Shown: positions 63,933 to 64,000 of the stretch, piece after piece
Position numbering within the stretch: position 1 is the stretch's first letter
Layout: every line of letters starts with the position of its first letter
Source: Felis catus
Taxonomy: Eukaryota
Reading direction: 5' to 3'
Assembly: GCF_018350175.1 (NCBI RefSeq)
Contig: NC_058373.1
Span: forward strand, 107,634,001-107,698,000
Length of the DNA: 64,000 bases
The notes under the pieces: model-generated
Told to the model about the DNA's origin: nothing
The model's database searches: none
What the model saw: the letters and a program-made list of their open reading frames with translations, nothing else
Translations under genes and position numbers: made by a program

Positions 63933-64000
63933 TGTGTTAGAGCAGGACTTAAGCAGCCAGATATTAGCATGAGGGCTCTGAGAACCCTGATAATGTGGAG

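Noticed and set aside
1..64000. CRISPR array, operon, defence or other prokaryote-type system; tRNA/rRNA genes
   Set aside because: The sequence is mammalian. There is no repeat-spacer array, and the tRNA-like boxes all belong to SINEs.

Overview
This is mammalian genomic DNA, almost certainly felid, judged from the carnivore tRNA-derived Can-SINEs (young SINEC_Fc-type copies) and felid-type L1 3' ends. It is not prokaryotic. The window looks intronic or intergenic: no ORF in the track resembles a real protein-coding exon, and I found no RNA gene or CRISPR array. It holds about 19 Can-SINEs, L1/HAL1/L2/CR1/MIR fragments, several solo LTRs and DNA-transposon fossils. The most interesting items are: (1) a Tigger-family DNA transposon (8729-10271) that still carries a decayed pogo/CENP-B-type transposase N-terminus; (2) a CpG-island-like element at 23.2-23.8 kb; (3) a candidate minus-strand first exon at about 44.6-44.9 kb ending in ATGAGCGGAC|GTAAGT; (4) a 320-bp solo LTR with TATA and polyA signals; (5) a twin-primed L1; (6) locally duplicated transcription-factor-motif modules near 54 kb. 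I could not identify the host gene and see no evidence for a new biological system. Repeat family names come from my recollection of consensus sequences, and boundaries without a stated target-site duplication (TSD) are approximate.
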